Positions 40,521 to 52,259 of a DNA stretch of 64,000 nt are shown in pieces; position 1 is the first letter of the stretch; each line of letters opens with the position of its first letter. Origin of the DNA: an uncultured Verrucomicrobiae bacterium. Its GTDB lineage: Bacteria; Verrucomicrobiota; Verrucomicrobiia; Chthoniobacterales; Terrimicrobiaceae. Location of the stretch: contig CAVPOC010000014.1 of NCBI GenBank assembly GCA_963706955.1, positions 34,282 to 98,281 on the forward strand, in the 5' to 3' direction. A model generated the notes under the pieces. That model searched no databases and had not been told where the DNA came from. It saw only the letters and a program-made list of their open reading frames with translations. The position numbers and the translations under genes are program-made.

Positions 40521-43500
40521 TCAGCCGAAGCGAGCCTCAATGATGGAAAAATCGTCCTCGAGGCGATGCGACCCACGCAGCTGATAAACATGCTGCACGA
40601 GTTCGTCCATGAGGCTACCCTGATGATCTGCAGACGCGGCCAGGTAAGCTATACACGCATCGAGATTCCAGGCGTCACGTCCGTCACGAAATATTTCAAA
40701 CACACCATCGCTGAAAATCAGCAATCGTCCCCCGACGGGGATTCGGCACGACTGAGCCGGAAATTTCACGTGGCGCAGCACCCCCATCATGAGACCGGAA
40801 GAGGGCAGACCGGAGTTCATCTGATCCTCCAGGAATCACCACGATAGCAGGCGGATGGCCGCCTCCACTCCAGGTCATCGTTCGGCTTAAGCGGTGATAC
40901 ACGCCATACCAAATCGTGAAGAAGCGCTGGCCGTGCTGTTCGCCTTGGAAGACGTTGTTGAGCCTGGCCAGGACCTGCTCAGGACGTCTCATGTCTGCGC
41001 CCGGCAATGCGCCAGCGCGAACTACGTTGGTAATGGTGACCGACAAGAGCGCCGAATCGAGACCGTGACCGGTGACATCGACAAGATAGAGCGCGAGATG
41101 ATCGTCATCCACCCAGTGATAGCCGATCGTATCACCACCGAGCGTGGAGGCCGGCAAATACCTCCAATCTACGGAAACTAGCCCGCTCATCGGCGCGGGC
41201 ATGCAGTCACGAACGTATTTAACGCCCGCGGCAAACTCCGCGCGCATCCGGTCATCGCTTAGACTCTCGAGCAGGGCGGCGGCATCCATCAGATCAGGTG
41301 TGGTGAAGCCTTCAGTGAATGTGCCGTGCACGAGCGCTCAGCGCCTCGAAGGCCTTTTCGCTACGGCCCTGCTTCCGCCATAATCGCGCAAGACTGATCA
41401 TCGCCCGCAACTCCCAAGCTTTGCTTTGTTGGCGACGGGCCGTGGCGACAGCACGTTGAAAGCATTCCGCCGCGATGGTCTGATTTCCGGATTCCGCCAG
41501 CATTAATCTCGCCTTCCAGTCGCTGAAGCTCCGCCTCTTGGAATCGCTCATCGTTCTTCTCGACATAGGAAAACGCCTCCTGAAGAGCGCTCCGAGCCTC
41601 TGCCAATCGACCGGCCCGCAAACAAGCGTCTGCCAAAATGCTCAAATAGTATGGGACTGCCAGTTCGGCGCCGGTAGCTCGATAGGCATCGAGGCCACTC
41701 TGCAACAGTCGGATGCCTGGCTCCAACTGGCCCTGCAGCAATATCCCGCTAGCGGAATAGAGCGTCCCCGATGGCATGCCAGAAAAGAAATGCTTGTTCG
41801 GTAGCGATACGAATTTGTTCATCGCCCGCAGCCTGCGCTTTCGCACCGAGCCTGCAGTGTTGATGAAGCCAGCCGGTATGATGCAAAGCATACTCGAGGC
41901 TGAAAGGGTGATTGATGGAGCGGGCCAGCTGAACCATTTCCTTATTGAGAGCTAGTGCTCGATCGGCGAAGCCGAGATGCCACAAGGCCAGCGCTAGATA
42001 ACACCGGTGCGTCACCCCCGCATCTTCGCCCACCTGGCGGGCCCAAAAGGCAGTGCGTTCTCGATCATCGAATTCTTCGATCGCGCGGGCACAACATTCC
42101 TGTGCGCCGGCGAAATCGCCCCGATAAAGCCGGGTGAGGCCCTTAAGAAAGAGAGCTTCCATCAGGATGCCCGGATCCTGAAAGCGTTCTCCGAAGGCAA
42201 GGGCTTCATCCGCCAACTCGCTGCAGATGCGGAAATCTCCACGGACAATGTGGTAGGCGAAAGTTCCCCCACATCATGGTAAAAAGCTCCGGTCTTTGCT
42301 CCACGCGCTCGCACAGAGCGCGCGCCCGATGGAAGATCGGCCCGACTTCCGGTGCTGCGTATCCCCGCGCGGCGATATAGGTCGTGCCGAGCGCGCCAAG
42401 CAATTCCAACTCGCGAGTTATCCCGGGCGGCCGAAGGCTCGAGGGTTTCAAGCAATTTGAGACCCTTAGAAAGGTGGCTGATGGCTTCGGTATGAGCAAA
42501 TCGATCGCGCGATCTCATCCCCGCCTTGAGACAGAATCCGACGGCCTTCTCCGTGGCGCCGGCGACGGCGAGATGCTCCGCCACCATTTCCGGCTGCGTC
42601 TCAAGCAACTGGCCAAAGCGCGTTTCGATCGCTTCGGCAACTTGAAGATGAAATTGCCTCTTCCGTGCTTCGCTGGTGGCGCTGTAGAGGGCCTCTTCGA
42701 TAAGAACGTGCTTGAAGGTGTAAATGGATGCGGGTGGCTGCCCTCTGGCATAGAGAATGCCCGCCGACAAAAGTTTGCCTAACTCCCGTTGCAGGGTTTC
42801 TTCATCGACGCTTCACGACTGCCGCCAGCAACATGTAGTCAAATTCGCGTCCGATGGTTGCGGCGATTTGCACCACATCTCGATCGCACGACATCTGATC
42901 GAGTCTTGCGACGACGAGATCTTCCAGAGTCGCCGGCAATTCGTTCAATCTTGTGCGAGGGCCGATCTGCGCCGGCAGTCCGGTCGGTTCAAACATTGCC
43001 GATTCGCGGGCCATTCTACTGAATTCTTCGACGAGGAGCGGCACGCCCGCGCTGCGGGTGTAGATCTGAGCTAGCAGCCCTTCGGGCAGTTCGTCGCCTG
43101 CATCTCGGCGCATCCACTCGGCTACTTGCCGTCGTGTCAGTCGATTCAGTGCCAGATTGGTTTGATGCGCCAGGGCAGGCCAGGGCGTTCTGAATTCCGG
43201 ACGAAACGTCAAGACAGTGAGAACTCGATCATGCGCACCCTCGCCGATAAATTGGGTGAGGAACTCCAAAGTCGAGGCGTCAATCCAGTGCAAATCCTCG
43301 ACGATAAAGAGCACTGAGCGAGTGCGAGAACGGGCGAGCAACCAGTCGCGCAACGCGGAAAAGGTTTGCTCGCGCTCGCGCGCCGGTGTGAGAGCAGATT
43401 CCGGATACCGCTCGTCCGCGGGTAGCAAAAGTAATTTCGCGAACAGAGCCACTATTTCTGGCCGCCCCAAATCGCAATCCTCCAAGTGTCGCGCCAACCG

Positions 43501-43923
43501 CTCGAAATGATCAGCCGCGCTCTCTTCGCGTCCAGCATCGATGAATCTCTCCAGATAATCCGTTACCGGGTAGAGCTCGGAGTTTTGAAATTGTTCAGAG
43601 CATCGCCAGTCGATGAGAATCGGACTATCGTCTCTCCTATCTGCCCTTTGCTCGTCCATTTCCAGGTGACTCCCCTGGCCCTTCTTCTGCAATGATTGGA
43701 TGAGTGTTTGCACGAGGCGAGACTTGCCCAGCCCAGCCTCGCCGATCACGAGGACGACTTGACCCATTCCCTCCTGCGCTTGTTCCCACCGATCTTTGAG
43801 AAGACTCAATTCGGTATCTCTTCCTGTTAGCGGCGTCTGCCAAGGCTGCGAGGTGCGCCCTTGGTCCGTAGCTGGCTTCGATCTCGGCCACTGGTTTTCC
43901 TCAGCAAGTTTGGAGAAATTCAT
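40521..43923 (-). pseudogene. STAND/AAA ATPase-TPR-SpoIIE phosphatase fusion split into ~8 ORF pieces
   Basis: GEAGLGKSRL Walker A, IVEDLHWID Walker B, TPR-like helices, then GGDT..DVTGHG..FSDG..DDFSI PP2C; about 7 frame changes. Confidence 0.8.
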
Positions 43924-44133
43924 CGCCTTTATTCGAAATAACACAATCCGGCGCGACGACAATCGCGGACCAATGTAGCAGGAAGCGACGGTAGAGATCG
44001 ATTCTAAATTCGGAAGAGACATCCCCACGGTCTGGTGTCGCGCGAGTCGGCCGGATGTTTCGACAAATCCCGCCCTCCAATCTCGGCACAGCAGAGGAAG
44101 GCGCTTCGCAAGAAATGCGGGTCCTTAGGAGTT

Positions 44134-44628
44134 TCAGCCGGTAGTCGGTTCGATTGCCTCGATGATCGTCCGGACGATCTCCTGAGGTTCCCCTGCAATG
44201 TCGACGACGAGTGCGTCTTTCGGAACTTCCAAACTGTCGAACTGACTACGCAAGAGCGCCGCTTTGAAGAAGTGGCTCTTTCTCTCTTTCAGTCGCCGTG
44301 CAATCAGATCAAATTCCCCGTGCAGATAGGCGAATTTCACGTCGGGATCATCTCGTCCCAGAATTTCACGATAGCTCTCCTTCAGTGCGGAGCAGGCGAG
44401 CACATGACCGGGCTCGTTACGCTGCCATTGCTCGATGGCCGCCCGAATTGTGCGCAGCCACGGTTCGCGATCGTTGTCGGTCAAAGCGATTCCACTTCTC
44501 ATCTTTTCGACATTCTCGCGCGTATGGAAATCGTCCGCATCGCTGAAGTTCCAGTGCAAAGCGTCCGCGAGTGTCTGTCCGATGGTCGTTTTGCCGGAGC
44601 CCGACACACCCATGATAATAATCACCAT
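44134..44628 (-). CDS. gntK: Gluconokinase (GntK/IdnK)
   Basis: MGVSGSGKTT, DADDFH..N.EKM..G..LTD.DR.PWL, ACSALK, SQF..LE. Confidence 0.9.
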   Translation of the reverse strand: MVIIIMGVSGSGKTTIGQTLADALHWNFSDADDFHTRENVEKMRSGIALTDNDREPWLRTIRAAIEQWQRNEPGHVLACSALKESYREILGRDDPDVKFAYLHGEFDLIARRLKERKSHFFKAALLRSQFDSLEVPKDALVVDIAGEPQEIVRTIIEAIEPTTG

Positions 44629-44805
44629 GCCAACTCTCCTACGCCGAATTGATCGGACAGAGAAGAGTCTATGACAGAAATCAGTCAAGAATCGATAGCA
44701 CGCTTAGGTAATAGTCTGCAGCGGCGAATGCCGCTTTCGTCCAGGTCTGCCAGGCACGGTCTAATGAATCGACCCAAGCTTGTCCATGTGTTAGCCTTCG
44801 AGCTG

Positions 44806-45840
44806 ATGACTAGGACCTCGCGACCACTTCTCGGATTGCTTTTTTCACTCGGCCTGTTGTCAATCAAATCCCTTGCGATGGCCGACGAGGCAGACCCGGC
44901 CGCCATGGTGTGGATTGCCGGAGGGACATTCACGATGGGCAGCAGCCTGCCCGGTAGCCATCGAAATGAGCAGCCTCCCCACGAAGTTTGGGTCGATGGC
45001 TTCTGGATTGAGAAACATGACGTCACTAATGCGGAGTTCCGGAAATTTGTTGAGGCGACTGGTTATAAGACCACGGCCGAGCGACCGATAGATTGGGAAG
45101 AACTCAAAAAAAAGGTTTCTCCCGGAACTCCCAAGCCTCCCGACGAGATGCTTCAGCCGGGATCGCTCGTCTTCACGCCCTCGAGCGTTCCAGTAGACTT
45201 GCGCAATATGAACGCCTGGTGGCGTTGGGTGACAGGGGCCAATTGGCAGCATCCCGAGGGACCTGGGAGCAATCTCGAGGGCCGCGAGAACCATCCGGTG
45301 GTTCAGGTCTCCTGGGACGATGCGAACGCCTATGCAAAGTGGGCAGGAAAGCGCCTTCCCACTGAGGCAGAGTGGGAGTTTGCCGCGCAGGGTGGCCTGG
45401 ACGGCAAGCGTTACGCCTGGGGAGATGAGCTTCAGTCCGAAGGGAAATACATGGCCAATACTTGGAACGGACAATTTCCCTACCGGAACACTGCTGAAGA
45501 TGGATTTGTCGGCACCGCGCCGGTGAAATCGTTTCCTTCAAACGGATATGGACTCTACGATATGGGAGGCAATGTTTGGAATTGGGTGAGTGACTTTTAT
45601 CGGCCCGACACCCACGTGCAGATGGCGGGCGAGCCCGCCTGCCACAATCCGCAGGGCCCCAAGGGAAGTTGGAATCCCGGACATCCTAACGAGAACGACG
45701 AACATGTAACGAAGGGAGGATCCTTCTTGTGCAATCCAAGTTACTGCGAGAGCTATCGTCCGAGCGCACGCCGCGGAACACCTTCGGACACCGGCATGAG
45801 CCACATCGGTTTCCGCTGCGCGAAATCTCAAACGCCGTGA
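44806..45840 (+). CDS. Formylglycine-generating enzyme (SUMF1) family protein
   Basis: HPVVQVSW.DA, RLPTEAEWE, GLYDMGGNVW, GGSFLC..SYC..YR, HIGFRC. Confidence 0.92.
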   Translation: MTRTSRPLLGLLFSLGLLSIKSLAMADEADPAAMVWIAGGTFTMGSSLPGSHRNEQPPHEVWVDGFWIEKHDVTNAEFRKFVEATGYKTTAERPIDWEELKKKVSPGTPKPPDEMLQPGSLVFTPSSVPVDLRNMNAWWRWVTGANWQHPEGPGSNLEGRENHPVVQVSWDDANAYAKWAGKRLPTEAEWEFAAQGGLDGKRYAWGDELQSEGKYMANTWNGQFPYRNTAEDGFVGTAPVKSFPSNGYGLYDMGGNVWNWVSDFYRPDTHVQMAGEPACHNPQGPKGSWNPGHPNENDEHVTKGGSFLCNPSYCESYRPSARRGTPSDTGMSHIGFRCAKSQTP

Positions 45841-45868
45841 AAGACGGCTTGCAAGCGCACCTTAGCTC

Positions 45869-45934
45869 CGTCCTCGTCCTCGTTCTCGTTCTTCGTCCTC
45901 GAGATCCAGTGCCCCAATCGAGGACGCGGACGAT
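45869..45934. repeat. Intergenic (CGTCCT/CGTTCT)n ... GAGGACG imperfect inverted repeat
   Basis: cgtcctcgtcctcgttctcgttcttcgtcctcga...tcgaggacgcggacga. Confidence 0.55.
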
Positions 45935-45954
45935 TACCCCACCCACTCGAACCC

Positions 45955-46891
45955 ATGAAAAAGCATGTTAATCGCTCGACCAGCGTCATCTTCGGGGCAA
46001 TCGCTTTGTGCGGCGCACTACTCGCTACAACCAAGGCCCAAGAGGACAAACCCGGTTCCTTCACATCGGCAGAGCTGGCCGAGCGCACGCTGCACCGCCG
46101 CGCGATCGAGGCGGTTATCTGGGGAATGCCGGCGGTCAACGCAGAGTTGATGTTTCAGGCGATGAAGGATGCCAAAGCGGACTTCAACCAGGTCGTCTAT
46201 TGGTCGCGACCGCTCAGCTGGAAAAACCAGACGTTGACTCCAAATCCGGATACGATTTACGTCTTCCCCTTCTTCAATACGAAGGATGTCGGGCCGATGG
46301 TGCTGGAGATTCCGACCGCGGAAGAGGGCGCCTCGATCACAGGCAGCATCGACGACGCGTGGCAGAACGGCGCTGGAAGATGTCGGACCGGCCGGCGTGG
46401 ATAAGGGGAAGGGTGGCAAGTATCTGATTCTGCCGCCAGGCTTTTCAGCGCGCCGAATTTGCCAGGAATGGTCTTCCCGCCGTTTCCAGCGGATCCGATC
46501 GACGGGCTCGGCGTCTACGCCAAGCATCAAATCCTTGATCAGACTGAGCGTGGGCGAGTTGCGAGGTGAACGGCGGGACGTCATCACCTATGTTTTTCAA
46601 CGATCGGGCGAATTCACCATTCCAGCCGCCCGACTGACCTGGTGGGACCTCGATAACAAACAACTTCAGTCGATTGACTTTCCGGCGCACGTCTTCGATG
46701 TGGCAGAAACTCCACCGCAAACGTCTTCCTCAAAGTCGTTCGCGTGGTGGAAACCAGCCTTGGCGGTTTTGATCGCGGTGGCGCTCGCCCTCCTCTGCTA
46801 CGCAAGACTTCGCCCTCTCTTCACTGCCGTATTGGCCAGATTCCGTCCAGTTCATTTGGCGCCATTGAATCCGGCTCCCACAAGCCAATAG
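45955..46891 (+). pseudogene. Chimera: DUF1254 N-terminus joined to BatD-like C-terminal fragment
   Basis: RRAIEAVIWGMPAVN..LTPNPDTIY..GPAGVDKGKGGKYLILPP (frameshift ~46370), then G.FTIPA..LTWWD plus TM tail. Confidence 0.65.
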
Positions 46892-47075
46892 CGTCTTAAG
46901 CCGAGGCGTTCATAAAAGCGCTCTCCCTCACACACCATCGCTTCGATAAAAGAACACTCGAAGGATCCACTGGGAAGGACCGCAGATGTTGTAGACTTTA
47001 TATCCGAGGATCTTACGTTGATTACAATGCAAAGAAAGTAACAACGTTCTCCCTCACATGCTCCAATTGCTGTAC

Positions 47076-47981
47076 TTACTTTTCATTGGTCAAGGCTTCC
47101 CTCGCTGCAAAGAGCTCCTGTTTCTTCGCCGGACTAACTTCTGGATAATGCAGATCCAAAGAAGCAAGGGCGTCGACAATCGCTGCTGCGACGATGACGC
47201 GTGTGAACCATTTGTGATCCGCAGGCACGACATACCAAGGAGCATCTTCCGTCGCTGTCTCTTGAATAGTCTCCTCATAGGCTTGCATATACTTGTCCCA
47301 AAAACCTCGTTCCGTGGCGTCATTCGCCGAAAATTTCCAATTCTTGTCGGGATTATCGAGTCGCTCGAGGAAGCGCTTTTTCTGTTCATCCTTGGAGACA
47401 TGGAGGAAAAACTTGCGCACGACGGTGCCGTTGCGCGTTAAATAGCGTTCGAAATTGCCGATGTCTTCGAAGCGTTCCTTCCAGATCTCTTTGGTGACAC
47501 ATTGTTTCGGCAGCTTCTGTCCCGCGAGAAACTCAGGGTGCACGCGCACGACCAGGGTCTCTTCGTAGTAGCTGCGATTAAAAATACCGATGCGTCCACG
47601 CTCCGGAAGCGCCTTGACACAGCGCCAGAGATAATCGTGGTCAAGATCTTCGGAGCTGGGGGACTTGAAGGAGGTTACCTGGCAGCCTTGCGGGTTTATT
47701 CCCGACATGACGTGTTTGATGGCGCCATCCTTTCCCGCAGCATCCATCGCCTGGAAGATCAGCAGGATCGCCCAGCGATCTTGCGCATAGAGCACATCCT
47801 GCAAATTCGCCAGGGCTTCAATTCCGCTCTGGAGGGCTTCCTTTGCGCGCGACTTGTCTTCGGACGTAAGCTCGCCCGTGTCTTTGGGATCCACGTCCTT
47901 AAGACGGAACTTTTTTCCTTCGGTAACTCGATAAGGCTTTGAAAATCGCCTGGCGCTTTCGATCACTTCACTGGTCTTCAT
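47076..47981 (-). CDS. ppk2: Polyphosphate kinase 2 family
   Basis: FQAMDAAGKDG, HDYLWR, IFNRSYYE, PWYVVPADHKW. Confidence 0.93.
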   Translation of the reverse strand: MKTSEVIESARRFSKPYRVTEGKKFRLKDVDPKDTGELTSEDKSRAKEALQSGIEALANLQDVLYAQDRWAILLIFQAMDAAGKDGAIKHVMSGINPQGCQVTSFKSPSSEDLDHDYLWRCVKALPERGRIGIFNRSYYEETLVVRVHPEFLAGQKLPKQCVTKEIWKERFEDIGNFERYLTRNGTVVRKFFLHVSKDEQKKRFLERLDNPDKNWKFSANDATERGFWDKYMQAYEETIQETATEDAPWYVVPADHKWFTRVIVAAAIVDALASLDLHYPEVSPAKKQELFAAREALTNEK

Positions 47982-48117
47982 AGTTTTGGCCGCAACAATA
48001 GCACCGCACGGATCAGTCAGCCCGCCTAATTCGAAGTGTCCATTTCAGAGACCTTACTCGGCCGCCGGAAGAGCGAGGTCGAAAAAGGGCACGATTCGCA
48101 GCTTCGACAATCACGAT

Positions 48118-48991
48118 TCAGATCTTAGGACGAAGGGCATCCCGTCGGTGGTCGTTTAGGTAAGCATAGAAGAGGCCGATGACAAGTCCCGCCGCCCACA
48201 TAGTTGCCGAGAAGGGAAAAGAAGAAGTTCTTGCCCACGTGCAAGAGGTGAACGCTCTCCGGCCGCTCAAAGAGAGCCATGGCAAACAGCGCAGAATTCG
48301 CGACGACATGTTCAAACCCCATGTAAGCGAAAACGGTCACTCCCATCATCAGCACCACGATCTTGGCCAGATGTTCGGTGAGCTGCATGGCGACGATCAC
48401 TGATGCGTTAATAAAATAGTTGGCGAAAATGGCTTTGACAAAAATCAGCCATGCGCCGCTGCTTACCGTCTTGGCATCGACGGTGTGCACCAGGTGTTCC
48501 ACCACTCCGTCGCTGAGCATGCCACAGCTCCACACTAACAGGGCAATGAACTCAATGCCGACCAGATTGCCGATCAGGCACAGGCCCCAGATCTTCATCG
48601 TATCGCCCCAGCTCACCTTGTCGTAGTAGCGTCCAACGGTGAAGTACATGAAATTGCTGGTGAGCAACTCCGAGTTGGTGAAATAGATGAAAACGAGCGC
48701 CATGCTGAAGCTCGCACCCATCAGATACTTGCTCAGCGCGGAGTTGAAATCAGCGCCGAGATCCGCCTTGATCTGATACACGAAGACATACATCAGGCAG
48801 ATGATGACCCCGGCCATGGCCGCACGGAGCGTGTAGCGAACGAAAAAGCGCTGATGCAAAGCCCGCTTGACGTCGATGGTGTCAAGGATGCGCTCCATCA
48901 CCTCCCGGCCGTAATAGATCCGGGTCCACACCATCTTTTCGGCTTTCAGTTCTTTTTCCTTTTCTGCCGCTCTTTGGCCTCTTGTTCGCAT
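48118..48991 (-). CDS. Formate/nitrite transporter family; frameshift near C-terminus
   Basis: SELLTSNFM, GNLVG, GFEHVVAN, LGNYVGGG; last TM continues in another frame (GLVIGLFYAYLND). Confidence 0.85.
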
Positions 48992-49427
48992 ATATTTTTC
49001 TCTCCGGGCAGAACGTGTAGCTGTTTCCCGAGGTGGCGGCGATTCTGAAAAAAGTTCTCCGAAAACTCGCTCTATCCATCTCTTCCGAAGAAGGTCACAC
49101 CGAAGCGATTGATGTAGGCACCCTTTCCTCACGGGTCGATGGGCCAGTCTTTCGGCTGGCGGCGAACCGCCGTGGATCGTCACGGCCATCGTTCAGAATT
49201 TTCCGGAAGGTGATAGAATCAATGCGAGCGGAGAAGCCGATTGTGCGAACACGACGGCAGATGAATCGGGCGAAAGACGAGATGTGGGGTCCAATGCCCA
49301 GTCCGAATTTACAAACGCTTGGCAGAAGGCTTCGGCAATTTTCGGAGGTCTACTCCAGTGGCCAAGCTCGGACTTACGCTACGCCGCTCGCCATTTCGGA
49401 CATCGAGGAAGTTGCTTGATCGGCGGA

Positions 49428-49808
49428 TCAAGCTTGTGGGGTATTGTCTGCGTTGGCGCGCTCTGAATCGATAGGCCGGACTTCAAAGGACAACCCACAA
49501 TCCAGGCAAGGGTTGCCACGGGCGAGCTCCGCGGCTTCATCAAGGCTGCTGGCGAGAATGAACCAATATCCGCCAATGACTTCTTTCGATTCGCCAAAAG
49601 GGCCGTCCGTGATGACGTTTTTCTGAGTAATGGTTTTGCCTTCGTAGGTAAGGCGCTGTCCCCGCCGCATTTTTCCCGCGTCAACCAATCCATCGAGCCA
49701 CTCATAGAATCGATCAATGACGTTCTCTATTTCGTCCCGTGAGAGAGCCTGGTCCCACTGGCCTCGGGAAATTACGAGGTATTCAGCAGGAGGAAGGGGT
49801 TCACTCAT
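49428..49808 (-). CDS. YciI/DGPF family protein
   Basis: TDGPFGESKEVIGGYW..SLDEA...EVRP. Confidence 0.88.
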   Translation of the reverse strand: MSEPLPPAEYLVISRGQWDQALSRDEIENVIDRFYEWLDGLVDAGKMRRGQRLTYEGKTITQKNVITDGPFGESKEVIGGYWFILASSLDEAAELARGNPCLDCGLSFEVRPIDSERANADNTPQA

Positions 49809-49818
49809 CGTGGTCTGT

Positions 49819-50546
49819 TTACCTGGTTGTTTCGATCGAGCCCGAATATGCGTAGACGGCGACGGCATGGCAAATAGCGCCGGCAAGCACGAAGAGGTGC
49901 CAGACAAGATGCGAGAAACGCAACTTCTTTGCGCTGTAGAATGCCACGCCGGCGGTGTAAAACACGCCTCCGGCCAGGATCAATCCAATGCCAGCGAGAG
50001 GGACGGTGTTGATGAAGTCAGCGATGAAAAACAGTCCGAGCCAGCCCATCCCGATATACAAAGCATTCGAAATCCGCACGCTGTTGTTTCCACCGCAGAG
50101 CACAAAGCAAAGACCGATCAGGGCCAGCAGCCATTCCAGAGCGAAGAGCAAGATCCCTCCATGCGTGCGAAGGGGTCCGAGAGCGAACGGGGTATAGGTT
50201 GCCGCGATCAGCACAAAGATCGCCACATGGTCAAGGAAGCGTGCGACGCCCTTCGCAGGTTCGCCAATAAGCCCGTGATAGGCAGTCGATGTCAGAAAGA
50301 GAATCAAGAGGGCTACGGCGAAAACCCATTGGCCGACTGTGGCGTCCCATGCCAGAAAAGTGCAAGCGCAAACCCAAAAGCGCCCGCCAATCCCAACGCC
50401 GCACTCCACGTATTCGCAAGCTCTTCGAACGGTGTCTGGGTCGCCACGGAACGAAATCCGGAACCACGGAACTCCGCGCTTGGAATAGTAGAGCGCCGCA
50501 GCTCGATGGCCGCAGGAACGACCGGTCGAGCCCTCAACGAAGACAT
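49819..50546 (-). CDS. Hemolysin III/PAQR membrane protein; frameshift near 50350
   Basis: EELANTWS in one frame; STAYH, LDHVAIF.LIAATYTP, YIGMGW, HLVWHLFV in another. Confidence 0.85.
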
Positions 50547-50786
50547 GGCATATTTTCGGGAATGAATTGCACCGCCTTAGGCAATCGCACAACAGCACGA
50601 GATGGAAAGGGCTTTTTCAAATTTTGTGCGGTAGACTCGCGCGCTTAGGGTCTGGACGAACTGCGAAGGCGGGTGTAACGCGATCCGTCCGAGACTTGCG
50701 CATTCGGACCAGTCTGAGTATCGTCGAGGACGTTGCTCGCCGTCGCGACACGCTTCGGTCGGGCGCGCGATTTACCGAAGACTAAT

Positions 50787-52259
50787 ATGAGCAGTCAAAG
50801 CTCTGGCGACCCAAAGCCGGCGCCGCTACCAGAGGTCAAAGTCCCGGCGCCTGAGCCGCGCAAGCAAATCCCGAAGCCCAAGCGGTGGAATACCAAACTC
50901 ATCATCGGCGCTTTGGTTGCGCTTGTCTTGCTGATCGTGGGACTGCCGAGAGTTCTGCGCGCTTTCAAGACTGTCTCGACCGACGATGCTTATGTTAATA
51001 GCTACGTTACCTTTGTTGCGCCCCGGGTTTCCGGCCAAGTGGAGCGAGTGCTAGTGGACGACAACAACCGGGTGCGCAAAGGCGACGTGCTCGTGGAACT
51101 CGATCCGGAGCCCTTTCGCGTCCAGGTGGCGATAAAGCAGTCGGCTGTTGACGTTGCCGAGGCAAACCTCGTTCTGGCCGAGGCGAACGTGCGGGGATTA
51201 GTGGCACAAACTCGGAGTCTCAGATTCAAGCTCGCTCATGCCATCGAGGACGTGGATAACCAGGTCGCGCTCATCCGGCAGCGCGTGGCAACCTGGGAGG
51301 AAACTAAGGCAAGCCTGGTATTGGCGCAGCAGGAGTTTGACCGTGCGAAGCAGTTACTCACGACCAAGGTCGTAAGCAAGGAGGAATACGACCAAAAACA
51401 GGCGGCCCTTGGCGTGGCGAACGCACAGGTTGCCCAGGCGCTGCAAAATGTCTATCAGGCGCGCGTGAACCTCGGCCTGCCAGCGGTGCCGCCTGCCGGA
51501 ACAAGTCTCGCCGATGTGCCATCGGACCTCGACCAGACGTTCTCCTCGGTGCGTCAGGCCCTGGCGGATCTTCTCCATAGCGCAGCGCAACTGGGAATCA
51601 CGCCTTCCTCCTACGATCTTACGCCAAAGGAAATCATCGCGGAATTTTACCGACGCGACCCGCAAGGCGACATCAACAAGATTTACGCCCAAGTAGTTCG
51701 GGACGCCCCGAGCCTGAAGCAAGCCCAGGTGAGCGTGGAACAGGCTCAACGCGATCTCGATCAGGCAAAACTCGATCTGAGCTACTGCACAGTTTTCGCG
51801 GAAATCGATGGGGTGATAACCCGCCGCAACGTGAATCCCGGCAATAATGTCCAAGTCGGCCAGACTCTCATGGCGATCCGCTCGCTGCGCGATATCTGGG
51901 TGGACGCGAACTTCAAAGAGACTCAACTCCGTGACCTTCGCATTGGCCAGCGCGTCGAGCTCCAGGTCGATATGTATGGAGGCAAGCACATCTTTGAAGG
52001 GCGCATTTCCGGGTTTACGATGGGGACAGGCTCGACGCTGGCCTTGCTGCCGCCGCAAAATGCAACCGGCAATTTCGTGAAGGTCGTCCAACGTTTGCCG
52101 GTGCGGATTAACATCACCAACTACGATCCCGACAAACTCCCTCTCTTCGTCGGCCTGTCCGTTGAGCCGTCGGTCGATGTAAAGAGCGCGCCAACCGGAC
52201 CGAATGCGGGCAAGTTTCTCCAAGAACTAGCACAGCCTATCCCCGAAACGAAGCCGTGA
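50787..52259 (+). CDS. EmrA/HlyD membrane-fusion protein
   Basis: VSTDDAYV, WVDANFKETQL, LLPPQNATGNFVKVVQRLPVRI. Confidence 0.93.
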   Translation: MSSQSSGDPKPAPLPEVKVPAPEPRKQIPKPKRWNTKLIIGALVALVLLIVGLPRVLRAFKTVSTDDAYVNSYVTFVAPRVSGQVERVLVDDNNRVRKGDVLVELDPEPFRVQVAIKQSAVDVAEANLVLAEANVRGLVAQTRSLRFKLAHAIEDVDNQVALIRQRVATWEETKASLVLAQQEFDRAKQLLTTKVVSKEEYDQKQAALGVANAQVAQALQNVYQARVNLGLPAVPPAGTSLADVPSDLDQTFSSVRQALADLLHSAAQLGITPSSYDLTPKEIIAEFYRRDPQGDINKIYAQVVRDAPSLKQAQVSVEQAQRDLDQAKLDLSYCTVFAEIDGVITRRNVNPGNNVQVGQTLMAIRSLRDIWVDANFKETQLRDLRIGQRVELQVDMYGGKHIFEGRISGFTMGTGSTLALLPPQNATGNFVKVVQRLPVRINITNYDPDKLPLFVGLSVEPSVDVKSAPTGPNAGKFLQELAQPIPETKP

